In this document: positions 39,358-48,851 of the stretch, one piece after another
How positions within the stretch are numbered: position 1 is the stretch's first letter
How the letters are laid out: each line of letters starts with the position of its first letter
Source of the DNA: Planctomycetota bacterium
GTDB taxonomy: Bacteria; Planctomycetota; UBA1135; UBA2386
Length of the DNA stretch: 64,000 nucleotides
Reading direction: 5' to 3'
Assembly: GCA_965228735.1 (NCBI GenBank)
Contig: OZ245838.1
Span: 2,336,001 to 2,400,000, forward strand
The notes under the pieces: model-generated
Database searches by the model: none
What the model saw: only the letters and a program-made list of their open reading frames with translations
Told to the model about the DNA's origin: nothing
Program-made: the position numbers and the translations under genes

Positions 39358-40844
39358 AACAGGGGAGAAGCAAGACTGGCGATTCCGTCGACGGCCCTGG
39401 CCACCGGGTTCCTGGGCAAGCCAGCGAGCGTCACTCGCTGGCGCCCCTCTTGCCGCTTCGCGACCGTCGAAAGAACGTTCGCGGCGAGCTCCCGCGCATC
39501 GAGCGCAACGACCGCGACCTCGAAGTTGAGGCGCGCGGAACGGAGGTCCATGTTTGCGCTACCGACGATGACCGAGCGGCCGTCGACGACCAGCAGCTTG
39601 CTGTGATCGTAGTCGTCGACGGTCTCCCAGATCTCCGCGCCGACATCCAGGAGGCGCCGGTAGTTCGCGCGCTGAGCCCAATACAAGATCGTCGATTCGA
39701 CCTTCTTGCCGTTGGTGTAGAGGCAGACCTCGACACCCCGAGCGCACGCGACCTCGATGGCGTACGCGAGTGCCGGCGGCGGCAGCATATAGGGCGAACA
39801 AAGGTGCACGCTCTCGCGGGCCTCGGCGATCGACTGGACGATCGCGTACCACAGCGTCTGACGATCTCGATCCGGCCCGCTGACGGCAACGGCGACTCTG
39901 GGACCCGCTTCGTCGACGACAGGAGGCTCCGCGACCGGGGCCTCGAGGACCACATCGGTAGCCGTGCACCAATCTTCATGAAACGTCTCCTGCAAGCGGC
40001 GGACGACAGGTCCGCGAACGCTCACCATGGCGTCGAGCCAACGCGTTCGCCGGCCGAGGAAGCCGGTTCGATACTCGTTCCCGATGTTGCGGCCACCGAC
40101 GTAGCCAACCTCGCCGTCGACCAGCAGGATCTTGCGGTGGTTGCGCAGATTGATGGTGAACGGCCGGCGCTTCCAGAGCAGCGGCAAGAACGGCTCGGCC
40201 TGCCCGCCGGCCTGCCGCAGCCCCGCGAGATGGGCGGACTTCAGGCCGAAGCTTCCGATCGAGTCGTACAGCAGTCGAACCGCCACACCGCGCGCAGCTG
40301 CGTGGGCCAGACAGTCCAGGAACCGCAAGCCGGCCTCGTCCGCCCTGAGGATGTAGACCTCGCAGTGCACCTCGACCCGCGCTCCGGAGATGGCAGCCTC
40401 CGCGGCCTCGAAGAAATCCTCGCCGCCCGGAATCCACTCGACGAGGTTGCCCACCGACAAGCCGCACCCCTCCTGCTCGTCGTCGTTGGAGAGGACTGCC
40501 GCGAGCCCCGCTGATTCGTCACGCTCGAGACTTTGACCACCTGCACTCCCGGGCGCCGACGAGCTGTCGTCGATCTGCCGGCGAGCTCGCACCCGACGGC
40601 CACGATGCTGAATACGCGCGAGCTTTCGCAGCTGCAACCTTCGCGGCAGCAGGTAGTAGAGCGCGAGTCCGAACCACGGCGTCGCGAGGATCACGGCGAC
40701 CCACAGGATGTTGCCTGCCGGCGAACCGCCGCTCACGAGAACGCGGTAGACGAACACGATGGCGAGAACCTCGCCGAGCACCACCATGGCAAAGGCCAGG
40801 ATGGGCAAGAGCGACTCGGCGGCGACGACCTGGTCGCCGAGCAT
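39354..40844 (-). CDS. cls: cardiolipin synthase (phospholipase D family)
   Basis: Two N-terminal TMs; two HKD motifs NHRKILLVDG and HSKLLVVDG; GGRNIG, GSANMD. Confidence 0.92.
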   Translation of the reverse strand: MLGDQVVAAESLLPILAFAMVVLGEVLAIVFVYRVLVSGGSPAGNILWVAVILATPWFGLALYYLLPRRLQLRKLARIQHRGRRVRARRQIDDSSSAPGSAGGQSLERDESAGLAAVLSNDDEQEGCGLSVGNLVEWIPGGEDFFEAAEAAISGARVEVHCEVYILRADEAGLRFLDCLAHAAARGVAVRLLYDSIGSFGLKSAHLAGLRQAGGQAEPFLPLLWKRRPFTINLRNHRKILLVDGEVGYVGGRNIGNEYRTGFLGRRTRWLDAMVSVRGPVVRRLQETFHEDWCTATDVVLEAPVAEPPVVDEAGPRVAVAVSGPDRDRQTLWYAIVQSIAEARESVHLCSPYMLPPPALAYAIEVACARGVEVCLYTNGKKVESTILYWAQRANYRRLLDVGAEIWETVDDYDHSKLLVVDGRSVIVGSANMDLRSARLNFEVAVVALDARELAANVLSTVAKRQEGRQRVTLAGLPRNPVARAVDGIASLASPLF

Positions 40845-40845
40845 T

Positions 40846-41466
40846 TCAAGCGCCGCCGTCGGCCCCGGCCGCGTCGACGTGTTGCGCCGTCAGCGGGATC
40901 GTACGGCGTTCCGGAGCAGCCCCATCCCTGCGGGCCTCGATCATGAACACGAAGAACAAGCCGTACGAGGGGTCACGACCGAGGGGCTGATCGAGATTGA
41001 ACACGGTCCGCGTCCCGGTCGGCAGGACGTGTGGCATCATCGAGCGGTACGGGCGGTAGTTCGACCCGACGCTGCCGGGCTCCCGCACGATCGGTCGCTC
41101 GAGGAGCTCACCGATGGCGAGGTCACCAGGGGTCCCCTCGCCGCCCATCCGTAACTCAACGGGATGGCCAGTCGCATTCGTGGCCGTCACATCGATGCGG
41201 GTGGACGTCGCACTCAGGTCGATCTCGACCTCGACGCCGTGAAGGCTGGTGGACAACACGCCCTCGGGAGACCGCTGCCAACCCGGAGTCGCACCGGACG
41301 GGGCATAACGCATGGGCGCGTTGTTCGCCGTCGTGCCACAAGCAGCGACCAGGAAGCTGGCCACGAGGACGACAAGGCCGCGGAGCCGTACCGCCCGGGG
41401 TCGATCTCGACGAGCGAATCGACTCCCCGCCTGAGCGAACCCGAACTTGTCGTCAGCTGCGGCCAC
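40846..41466 (-). CDS. hypothetical lipoprotein (start uncertain)
   Basis: Lipobox LVAACG after a hydrophobic stretch; stop lies 1 bp from the cls start. Confidence 0.6.
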   Translation of the reverse strand: MAAADDKFGFAQAGSRFARRDRPRAVRLRGLVVLVASFLVAACGTTANNAPMRYAPSGATPGWQRSPEGVLSTSLHGVEVEIDLSATSTRIDVTATNATGHPVELRMGGEGTPGDLAIGELLERPIVREPGSVGSNYRPYRSMMPHVLPTGTRTVFNLDQPLGRDPSYGLFFVFMIEARRDGAAPERRTIPLTAQHVDAAGADGGA

Positions 41467-41478
41467 GATCCTTCAGAA

Positions 41479-41553
41479 TGGAGCCGATGGTCAGATTCGA
41501 ACTGACGACCTACGCTTTACGAAAGCGTTGCTCTACCACTGAGCTACATCGGC
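41479..41553 (-). tRNA. tRNA-Thr (anticodon CGT)
   Basis: GCCGATGTAGCTCAGTGGTAGAGCAACGCTTTCGTAAAGCGTAGGTCGTCAGTTCGAATCTGACCATCGGCTCCA: full cloverleaf with encoded CCA. Confidence 0.97.
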
Positions 41554-41861
41554 CTTCCGGTGGGCGCAGAACAGTAGCGCCCGACCTTGACGACGCCACA
41601 AAAAACCGTCTCGCGAGCCGCGCCATGAGACGTGCGGAGGGACGGCCGGATACCAGCGATCCGCACCGCCGCTGAACCCCGCGCAAGTCCACACTCAACC
41701 CAGCGGCATCTCGGGTGGCGAGTGCCGCTGAGCGGCCCGAGCGACGCGCTGGAATCGAAAGCCGTCCCCGGATGCCCGCCAGTCACTTCTCGCCAATTCG
41801 AGCGCAGCCGGAGGGATTCTCCGGCCGCACGTGAGGCGAGTCCACACTCAACCCAGCAGCC

Positions 41862-43955
41862 CTAGTTGGCGCCGGCGATCTTGCGCAGCTTCTGCTGCAC
41901 GTCGGCCTTCTCGCGGCCGCTGAGCTTCGCACGCCCAAGGGCGCGCGCCGCAGCGCCGCGGAGGTCGGCCGAACCGTCGCCCTGGACGGTCGCGAGCAGC
42001 GCCTCGATCGCAGCCTCGGGAGCCGAGTCCATGCGGCCGAGGATGCCGGCCATCGCGTCGGCGGCGGCAACCTTGACGGCATCGCTGCCGTTGACGAGCG
42101 CGCCGCGGACGGCGTCGAGCTGGTCGGCCGTGCCGGCCAGGCCGAGCGCCTTGGCGGCCGGGACCGCGACCGCGTCACCGCGATCGAGCTGGGCCGCGAG
42201 GTTGGTGAGGGCCGCGCTGACGCTGGAGCCGTTGGCCGCCATCATGTTGAGCGCCGTGCTGGCACCCGCGGCGTAGCCCTCGGCGCGATCACCGGCCGGG
42301 TTCGGCACGCCCTCGAGGACGCGGTTGACCTCGGCGACGAGCGCCTCGCCGGACAGCGGCGCCTGGACGACGCCGTGGATCGCGTCACCGAAGCGTTCTT
42401 CGGCGGCGGCAGGGTCCTTGGCGACGATCACGATGCGCGCATTGGCCATGCGCGAGTCCTTCTTGACGTTGCCGATGACGTCCTCGGGCAGGCGGTCGGG
42501 CAGGATCTCGTTGATCACGACTACGTCGGTGCGCGGGTTGATCAGCAGGTTCTGCATGCCGCGGACGCCGCTGCTCGCCTCGGTGAAGCCGAGACCGGCC
42601 GTGTCGCTGGCCGCCATCACGGCCTGGCGCGCCGAAGTCTCGGGGCTGATGACCTGGATCGAACGGACCTGCTCCTCGGCCACGGCTTCGGCGAGGATCC
42701 GCACGACCTTGCCGGCAGCCGGCACGTTCGCGCCGTTGCTCGCCTTGACGAGCGCCGCGGCGGCCGCGTACTTGACGCGCTTGTCACTGCTGTCGAGAGC
42801 CTGGATCAGCGAGCTCTGACCAACCGTGTCCTGCCCTTCGGCGTCGGCGAGGATCATCGCCGCCTCGACGGCGATCGGCTTCAGGCCGTCCTTCATGCCG
42901 TCTTCGAGCACCTTTCGCACGGCCTGGACGCCGGAGGCGTTGGCGGCGATCCGGAGCTCCGGAACGATCGCGGCGAGCTCGGCCGCCGACTCGTCCCCGG
43001 CCTTGATCGAACTCTCGATGACGCTGATCTCGGCGAGGTTCGCCGACGCCAGCGTCGCGATCGCCTCTTCACTCTGCGGCGCCGCCGCAACCGCGTCCGC
43101 GGCGACCGACTTCGCGAGCTCGTACTGGTAGACGAGCGCCGGCACGTCGGTGTACTCGAGCTTGTCGTCGTTCAGCGACCAGATCACGTCGCTGAACGCG
43201 CCGGACGCGATGCCACCGGCGATGTACTCCTTGGCCTGCGCGATCGCGAGCTCCGTATCACTCCGGGTCACGTTGTTCGCCTTCAGGAAGCGCTTCGCGA
43301 TCTGCGCGATCGGCACGCGGCTGTCGCCGGCAAGACGAGCCATGACCGGCGCGGCACGCATGTCACCGATGTGGTAGAGCGCGGCGGCGGCGTTCTGGAC
43401 GGTGATCTCATTGCTGCTCTTCAGCGCCTCGATCAGCGGCAGGACCGCGACCGTGTTGAGCTGCGTCAGCGTGTAGATCGCCTTGATCGAGCCCTCGATG
43501 TCGTCGGGGTTGCCGAGCCGCTCGACGAGCGCCGGCACCGCGAACTCACCGTGGTTGGCAATCAGCTTGTTGACCGCATCCTGACGCTCGCCGAAGTTCT
43601 CGCTCTGGGTCGCCGTCTCGACCAGCGCGTTGATCGTGTCGGCATCGCGCGACTCCTCCTGGCGCTCGACCTTGGCGCGCTCGAGGATCGACTGCGCGAA
43701 CTTGCGGATCGCGTCGTCGTTGTCGGTGAGCAGCATGTAGTACTCGTCCTGCGAGACCGACTGGTAGTACTGCAGCGCGTCCTCGTTCGACGGGTCGGAC
43801 TGCAGGAGCTCCTGCAGGATCGTCTTGGCTTCCTCCGGCTTACCGAGACGGATGGCGTTGACGGCTTCCTTGAGCTGCGACTGCGCAACCACCTGGCCGG
43901 AGACGACGCACGCGACGACGGCGGCCAGGAGAGAGTGATGGAACGAGCGGGCCAT
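41862..43955 (-). CDS. exported HEAT-repeat protein with an internal degenerate receiver-like domain
   Basis: Signal peptide MARSFHHSLLAAVVACVVSGQVVAQ; HEAT helices; segment TDVVVINEILPD...ARIVIVA...VVQAPLS. Confidence 0.75.
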   Translation of the reverse strand: MARSFHHSLLAAVVACVVSGQVVAQSQLKEAVNAIRLGKPEEAKTILQELLQSDPSNEDALQYYQSVSQDEYYMLLTDNDDAIRKFAQSILERAKVERQEESRDADTINALVETATQSENFGERQDAVNKLIANHGEFAVPALVERLGNPDDIEGSIKAIYTLTQLNTVAVLPLIEALKSSNEITVQNAAAALYHIGDMRAAPVMARLAGDSRVPIAQIAKRFLKANNVTRSDTELAIAQAKEYIAGGIASGAFSDVIWSLNDDKLEYTDVPALVYQYELAKSVAADAVAAAPQSEEAIATLASANLAEISVIESSIKAGDESAAELAAIVPELRIAANASGVQAVRKVLEDGMKDGLKPIAVEAAMILADAEGQDTVGQSSLIQALDSSDKRVKYAAAAALVKASNGANVPAAGKVVRILAEAVAEEQVRSIQVISPETSARQAVMAASDTAGLGFTEASSGVRGMQNLLINPRTDVVVINEILPDRLPEDVIGNVKKDSRMANARIVIVAKDPAAAEERFGDAIHGVVQAPLSGEALVAEVNRVLEGVPNPAGDRAEGYAAGASTALNMMAANGSSVSAALTNLAAQLDRGDAVAVPAAKALGLAGTADQLDAVRGALVNGSDAVKVAAADAMAGILGRMDSAPEAAIEALLATVQGDGSADLRGAAARALGRAKLSGREKADVQQKLRKIAGAN

Positions 43956-44374
43956 GAAACGGGACTCCTTGAATGGGAGAGGCGGTAGGGGTCTGCCGGC
44001 GCCGATGCGGCGCACTGCTTGGGGCTTGGGAACGGATTGAGGGCGTCGGATCGAAGGGGCCGCGGCACCCGGGGCGAGTTGACGAGCGGCCGGAACTCCG
44101 GTCAGCCAGCGAAGCTGGATCAGCTGGCGAATCCTATGTTCCGCCGCCCAACCGTCAAGTAGACGCCTCGGGACAGTGGCGATCGTAGGAGGATAACCCG
44201 CCAGACCGGAGAAGAACGCCCCCACCCTGCCCCGAGCCGCAGCCCCCACGGCGAGGCCGCGATGGCACCGGCGAATCGTGCCTCGGGGCGGCCCCGGAAA
44301 ATGCCCGCGAAGCCGGGCCGCGATCGCCGCCAATTCGCCCAACGTCTTGCCAGCGCTTCCGCTACCGTGCCCCC

Positions 44375-45742
44375 ATGGCGCCGAAAGCCACGATCCTGAT
44401 CGTCGATGACCACCGGGCCGTGCGGGAGGAGCTCGCGTTCGCGCTCGACTACGACGGCTTCGCCACGGCCGAGGCCGGCGACGGCCAACAGTGCCTCGAC
44501 CGCATCGCCGAGCAGCCCGAGATCGCCCTCGTTCTGCTCGACATCAAGCTCCCGGGCATCGACGGACTCGAGGTCCTGCAGCGACTCAAGCAGGAACGCC
44601 CGGAGCTGCCCGTGGTCATGATCTCGGGGCACGGCGACCTCGACACCGCGGTGCTCGCCGTGCGCCGAGGCGCCTACGACTTCCTGCAGAAGCCATTCGA
44701 GACCGACCGGGTCCTGCTCTCGATCAAGAACGCGCTCGATCACGCCAAGCTCGAGCACGACAACCGGAAACTGCGCAGCAAGCTGCAGACCGAGAACCGC
44801 CTGCTCGGCGACAGCGAGCCGATGGCGCGGGTGCGCGCGACGATCGACAAGGTCGCGCCGACCGCCGTGCCGGTGCTGATCACGGGCGAGAACGGCACGG
44901 GCAAAGAACTCGTCGCGCAGCGGCTGCACGGCATGAGCAAGCGCGCCGAGCGACCGTTCGTGGCGATCAACTGCGCTGCGATCCCGGCGGAGCTCGCGGA
45001 GAGCGAGCTGTTCGGCCACGAGAAGGGCGCGTTCACGGGTGCGGTGGCGAGCCGACCCGGCGCGTTCGAACAGGCCGACTCGGGCACGCTGTTCCTCGAC
45101 GAGGTCGGCGACCTGCCGCTGCCGATGCAGGCCAAGCTGCTGCGCGCACTGCAGGAGCAGACGGTGCAACGGCTCGGCAGTCAGAAAAACGTGACCGTCG
45201 ACGTGCGCATCCTCGCCGCGACCAACCAGGACCTCGACGCGATGGTCGCGGAGAAGACGTTCCGCGAGGACCTGTTCTATCGGCTCCACGTCGTGCGCGT
45301 GCACCTGCCGCCGCTGCGTGAGCGCCCGGCCGACATCGAGCGGCTCGCGACACACTTCCTCGAGGCGGCGTGCAGCCGCAACGGCATCGACCGCAAGAAG
45401 CTCGCGTCCGGCACCTCAGCGTGGCTACGCGGTCAGCAATGGCCGGGCAACGTGCGTCAGCTCAAGAACGTGATCGAAGCGGCCGCGATCCTCGCGGACG
45501 ACGCCAAGGTCGAGGTCGCCGACCTCGAGGGCGTCACGGTGCCGACCCCGAGCCGCAGCGCCGACGGTGAGACGGACTGGTTCGAGTTCGAGAAGCTCGA
45601 GGACTTCCGCGCCGCGACGGAGAAGGAGTTCTTGCGGCGCAAGCTGCTCGAGAACAACGGCAACATCAAGCGCACCGCCGAACGCATCCAGCTCATGCGG
45701 TCGAACCTCTACAAGAAGCTCGACCGCTACGGGCTCAAGTAG
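44375..45742 (+). CDS. sigma54-dependent response regulator (NtrC/NtrX family)
   Basis: REC ([14 protein letters not shown]), [39 protein letters not shown], Fis-type HTH. Confidence 0.95.
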   Translation: MAPKATILIVDDHRAVREELAFALDYDGFATAEAGDGQQCLDRIAEQPEIALVLLDIKLPGIDGLEVLQRLKQERPELPVVMISGHGDLDTAVLAVRRGAYDFLQKPFETDRVLLSIKNALDHAKLEHDNRKLRSKLQTENRLLGDSEPMARVRATIDKVAPTAVPVLITGENGTGKELVAQRLHGMSKRAERPFVAINCAAIPAELAESELFGHEKGAFTGAVASRPGAFEQADSGTLFLDEVGDLPLPMQAKLLRALQEQTVQRLGSQKNVTVDVRILAATNQDLDAMVAEKTFREDLFYRLHVVRVHLPPLRERPADIERLATHFLEAACSRNGIDRKKLASGTSAWLRGQQWPGNVRQLKNVIEAAAILADDAKVEVADLEGVTVPTPSRSADGETDWFEFEKLEDFRAATEKEFLRRKLLENNGNIKRTAERIQLMRSNLYKKLDRYGLK

Positions 45743-45774
45743 GGCGCCCGCGCCCGCCGCGATTCGCCGGCGCG

Positions 45775-46761
45775 CTATTCTCCGGCGGTCGTCGGCAGCA
45801 GCAGCTTCTGGTCTTCCCGGAGCGTGTCGCTCGACAGGCCGTTGAGCTCCTTGATCGCGCGAATCATGCGGTCCGCGTTGCGGGCGCCGTAGCGCCGCGC
45901 CGCGATCTTCCAGAGCGAGTCGCCCGACTGCACGGTGTAGGACACCGTCGCCGCGGCGGCGGCCGGCGCGTTCGCATTCGCCGCCCTGTTCTCACCGCCG
46001 AGCGGCCGCGCGCCGGGCACCTGGAACGACGGCCCACGCGTTGCGGGGCTCGTGTTCGGGCCAAGGACGGTGGCCGGCGTGCCAGACGGCTGGTAACCCG
46101 GCTGGTAACCTGGCTGGGGCGTCGCACCACCGGCCGCCGAACCGTCACCCGCGAGCAGGCGCGGCTGGCGGGCCTCGTACGCGGCGAGCACGACCTCGTC
46201 ATCGACCCACGGCACGACCACTTCCTGGCCGATCCGCAGCACGGTGAGCTGTTCGTTGAGCGCCTTGGCCTCGTCGAGGAACGGCCCGCGCTTGCCGCAC
46301 CAGCGTCGCACGAGGGACTCGAGCGAGTCGCCGGCGCGCGCACGCACGATCCGGACCGTGCGGTCGCGGCGGCTCTCGCCGAGGAGCTGCTGCACGCGCT
46401 GCGTGGCCGGCACGGGCACGGTCGCGACCAGCGGCGACTGCGTCTCGGCGCGATCTTGCTGCGTCGCGCCCCCTTGCCGGGTGGCGCCGTTCATGACATC
46501 GCCAACGCCAGCTGAGCCGTCGTTCGACGCGCCCTCGCCGCCTTGCCCGCCTTCGTTCGTCAGGGCAGCCTGCCGCTCGTCGACGCGCCGCTGGTCGAGC
46601 ATCTGCCCGAGACCGCGCACCCCGTCACCGTCGGCACCAGCGCCGTTCGCGCCGGGTTTCGTGGCCGCGCCGCTGTCGCGTCCGAAGAAGACCGCGACCA
46701 CGAGAATGACCGCCAAGAACCCCGTGACGAGGTACACCAGTATCCGCTCGTTCTGCTTCAT
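45775..46761 (-). CDS. membrane-anchored LysM-domain protein
   Basis: N-terminal TM; C-terminal YTVQSGDSLWKIAARRYG...IKELNGL...LREDQKLLLP, plus a degenerate internal LysM. Confidence 0.85.
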   Translation of the reverse strand: MKQNERILVYLVTGFLAVILVVAVFFGRDSGAATKPGANGAGADGDGVRGLGQMLDQRRVDERQAALTNEGGQGGEGASNDGSAGVGDVMNGATRQGGATQQDRAETQSPLVATVPVPATQRVQQLLGESRRDRTVRIVRARAGDSLESLVRRWCGKRGPFLDEAKALNEQLTVLRIGQEVVVPWVDDEVVLAAYEARQPRLLAGDGSAAGGATPQPGYQPGYQPSGTPATVLGPNTSPATRGPSFQVPGARPLGGENRAANANAPAAAAATVSYTVQSGDSLWKIAARRYGARNADRMIRAIKELNGLSSDTLREDQKLLLPTTAGE

Positions 46762-46911
46762 CAGCCCCTCCCGGGAGCATTCTGTTTGCGCGCGGCTGAC
46801 CGACCGCGTTGCGCAGGCATTCTACGAAGCGGCCCGTCATTCGCGCAACCCCGAATGACGAGCCAACTAGCAGCAAATCCGAGGCGGTGACCTCGGGGTG
46901 CCCGGTCGACC

Positions 46912-48714
46912 TCAGCGGCGCCGGCCGCCCGGCAGGTCGTCGCGCCGCATCTTGAGCTCGACCTCCTTGTCACCGCGCTTGACCGTGAACGTCAAGACCT
47001 TGGCGTCGTTGTCACGCATCGTGCGGAACAGGTCGCGCATCTGCGCCAGCTTGTCGCCGTTGAGCTTGAGGATCACGTCGCCCTGCATCAGCCCCATCTT
47101 CGCGCCGCGGCCGTCCTTCGTGACGCTCTTGACCGCCATCCCGTCGACCTCGGCCTCGAAGATCATCTCGGCGATGCGCGCCGACTGGGCGCGCCGGCCG
47201 CCACCGCGTTGCACGTCGGCGCGATCGAGCATCTCCGGCAGGTTGGCCGTGCCGAGCGCCGCGAGCGCGATGACCGTCGCCGTGTGGCGCTGGTACTCCG
47301 GCACCGCGACCTCATAGGTATCCCACTGCGTGTGCCAGGTGTGCTGGAAGTAGTTGCTGCGACCCTTGAGGCTCCAGTTGAGTCCCGGCACGCCGGCCGC
47401 GATGAACGACGCGTGGTCGCTGCCGCCGCCGCCCCGCAGGCTGCGCGACTTGTTGAGGTTGAAGACCGGCTCGTCCCAGTACGGATCCGGCGGCGTCATC
47501 AGCTCGAGAACGGGCGCGAAGACGGCCTCGAGCTGGCCGTGCATCTTGCCGGGCGCGCTGAGACCCTGCGCCCAGTTGGTGCCCGTGTCGTGGTTGAACA
47601 CGGCCGACACCTTCTCCATCTCCGTGCGGTGCCGCTTCACGTACTCGCGACTGCCGAGCAGGCCCTGCTCCTCGCCGCCCCAGAGGCAGAACCGGATCGT
47701 GCGCTTCGGCTTCGCGCCCGCCGCCATGAGGATGCGCGCGGCCTCCATCGTCGACGTGGTGCCCGTGCCGTTGTCCGTGCAGCCCTGCGCCTGGTGCCAG
47801 CTGTCGAGGTGACCGCAGACGATGACGACCTCGTCGGGCTTCTCGCTGCCCGGGATCTCGGCGACGACGTTGTAGAGCGGGATGCCGCCGTCGCGGAACT
47901 CGTTGTCGATGTCGAACTCACCGATCACGCCAGCCGAGCCCTCGAGCAGCTCTGCCAGGCGATCGGCCTGGTCGGCGCGGATCGCGATCTGCGGCACGGT
48001 CGGCACCTGGTCGATCGGCATCTGCGCCGTGCGGCTGCTGCCGAACACGCGCACCCGCGTCGGGAATCGCTCGTCCGGATCGCTCGCCCGGTAGAGCCAG
48101 CCGAGGATGCCGACCTTCTCGCATGCGTCGCGCATCGCGCGGTTCGGGCGCTTGCTGTAGTAGACCCACTTGCCACCGACCGACTTGCCGTCGACCTCTT
48201 CCTCCGTCTCCGGCACGTTCACGATGAAGCCGGTCCGCGGCCCGTTCGTGCCCGCCGTCCAGGCGTTGGTCGCGACGTAGAGGTCGATGTGCTCGGGCAC
48301 GGTGATGCGGCCCTTCCACTCGCCGCGGTTCCACGCGAGGTTCCACTCGCCCCACTTCTCGAGCCGCACGATCGGCACACCCATCTGCTGGTACTGCATC
48401 ATCGCCCACGCGCACGCGTGCGTGAAGTTGTCCGAGCCGGTGAGACGGTGGCCGACGTCGTGCGTGAGGCCGTGCAACAGCGTCATCACCTGACTGTTCT
48501 CGATGCCTTCAGTGACGATCTTCTCCGCCATGCCCTCGGGCAGCAGCGGGCCGGCCTCTTCGAGGACGACTTCTTCGACGACCTCGACGACCTCGGTCGG
48601 CGGAGCGGTCGGCGGAGCGGCCGGCTCTTGCGCGACGACGAACGGCGCGAGCGCGAACGAGAGGGCCAGCGGCGGAGCGAACGAGAACGGCAACAGTGTG
48701 CGAACGAGCTTCAT
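46912..48714 (-). CDS. secreted M28-family peptidase with C-terminal PDZ domain
   Basis: GHRLTGS, GHLDSW, DNGTG, GEEQGLLGS, GSDHASF, HTQWD; GLMQGDVILKLNG (PDZ). Confidence 0.9.
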   Translation of the reverse strand: MKLVRTLLPFSFAPPLALSFALAPFVVAQEPAAPPTAPPTEVVEVVEEVVLEEAGPLLPEGMAEKIVTEGIENSQVMTLLHGLTHDVGHRLTGSDNFTHACAWAMMQYQQMGVPIVRLEKWGEWNLAWNRGEWKGRITVPEHIDLYVATNAWTAGTNGPRTGFIVNVPETEEEVDGKSVGGKWVYYSKRPNRAMRDACEKVGILGWLYRASDPDERFPTRVRVFGSSRTAQMPIDQVPTVPQIAIRADQADRLAELLEGSAGVIGEFDIDNEFRDGGIPLYNVVAEIPGSEKPDEVVIVCGHLDSWHQAQGCTDNGTGTTSTMEAARILMAAGAKPKRTIRFCLWGGEEQGLLGSREYVKRHRTEMEKVSAVFNHDTGTNWAQGLSAPGKMHGQLEAVFAPVLELMTPPDPYWDEPVFNLNKSRSLRGGGGSDHASFIAAGVPGLNWSLKGRSNYFQHTWHTQWDTYEVAVPEYQRHTATVIALAALGTANLPEMLDRADVQRGGGRRAQSARIAEMIFEAEVDGMAVKSVTKDGRGAKMGLMQGDVILKLNGDKLAQMRDLFRTMRDNDAKVLTFTVKRGDKEVELKMRRDDLPGGRRR

Positions 48715-48851
48715 GGGATACCTCGAGGGTGGTTTACGCCCATGGCCACGCGAATGCGAGCGGCCGCGAAGCGCCGCGACACGAACGCGACAACGACCCG
48801 AAACCGGACCCCGAACGGCCCCGGGACCGGCGCAATCGGCCGATCAGCCGA

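Larger units (their letters stand above)
28175..41859. repeat. dispersed 19-bp motif family TCCACAC-NC-NNN-CCAKCRS, 14 copies
   Basis: Copies start at 28175(-), 28285(+), 28318(-), 30451(+), 32641(-), 32684(-), 35090(+), 35127(+), 35163(+), 35199(+, degenerate), 38050(-), 39339(+), 41688(+), 41841(+). Nearly all are intergenic or overlap stop codons. Confidence 0.85.

Noticed and set aside
28175..41553. tRNA-Thr-anchored genomic island or prophage
   Set aside because: No integrase and no duplicated tRNA 3' end seen; the region holds housekeeping-type genes.
28175..41859. TCCACA motifs as DnaA boxes / oriC
   Set aside because: They lack the TT[A/T] start of TTATCCACA and share an extra conserved 12-bp extension; no dnaA/dnaN gene or AT-rich unwinding element is present.
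43956..44374. sigma54 -24/-12 promoter
   Set aside because: TGGCAC is present but not followed by TTGC at the required spacing.
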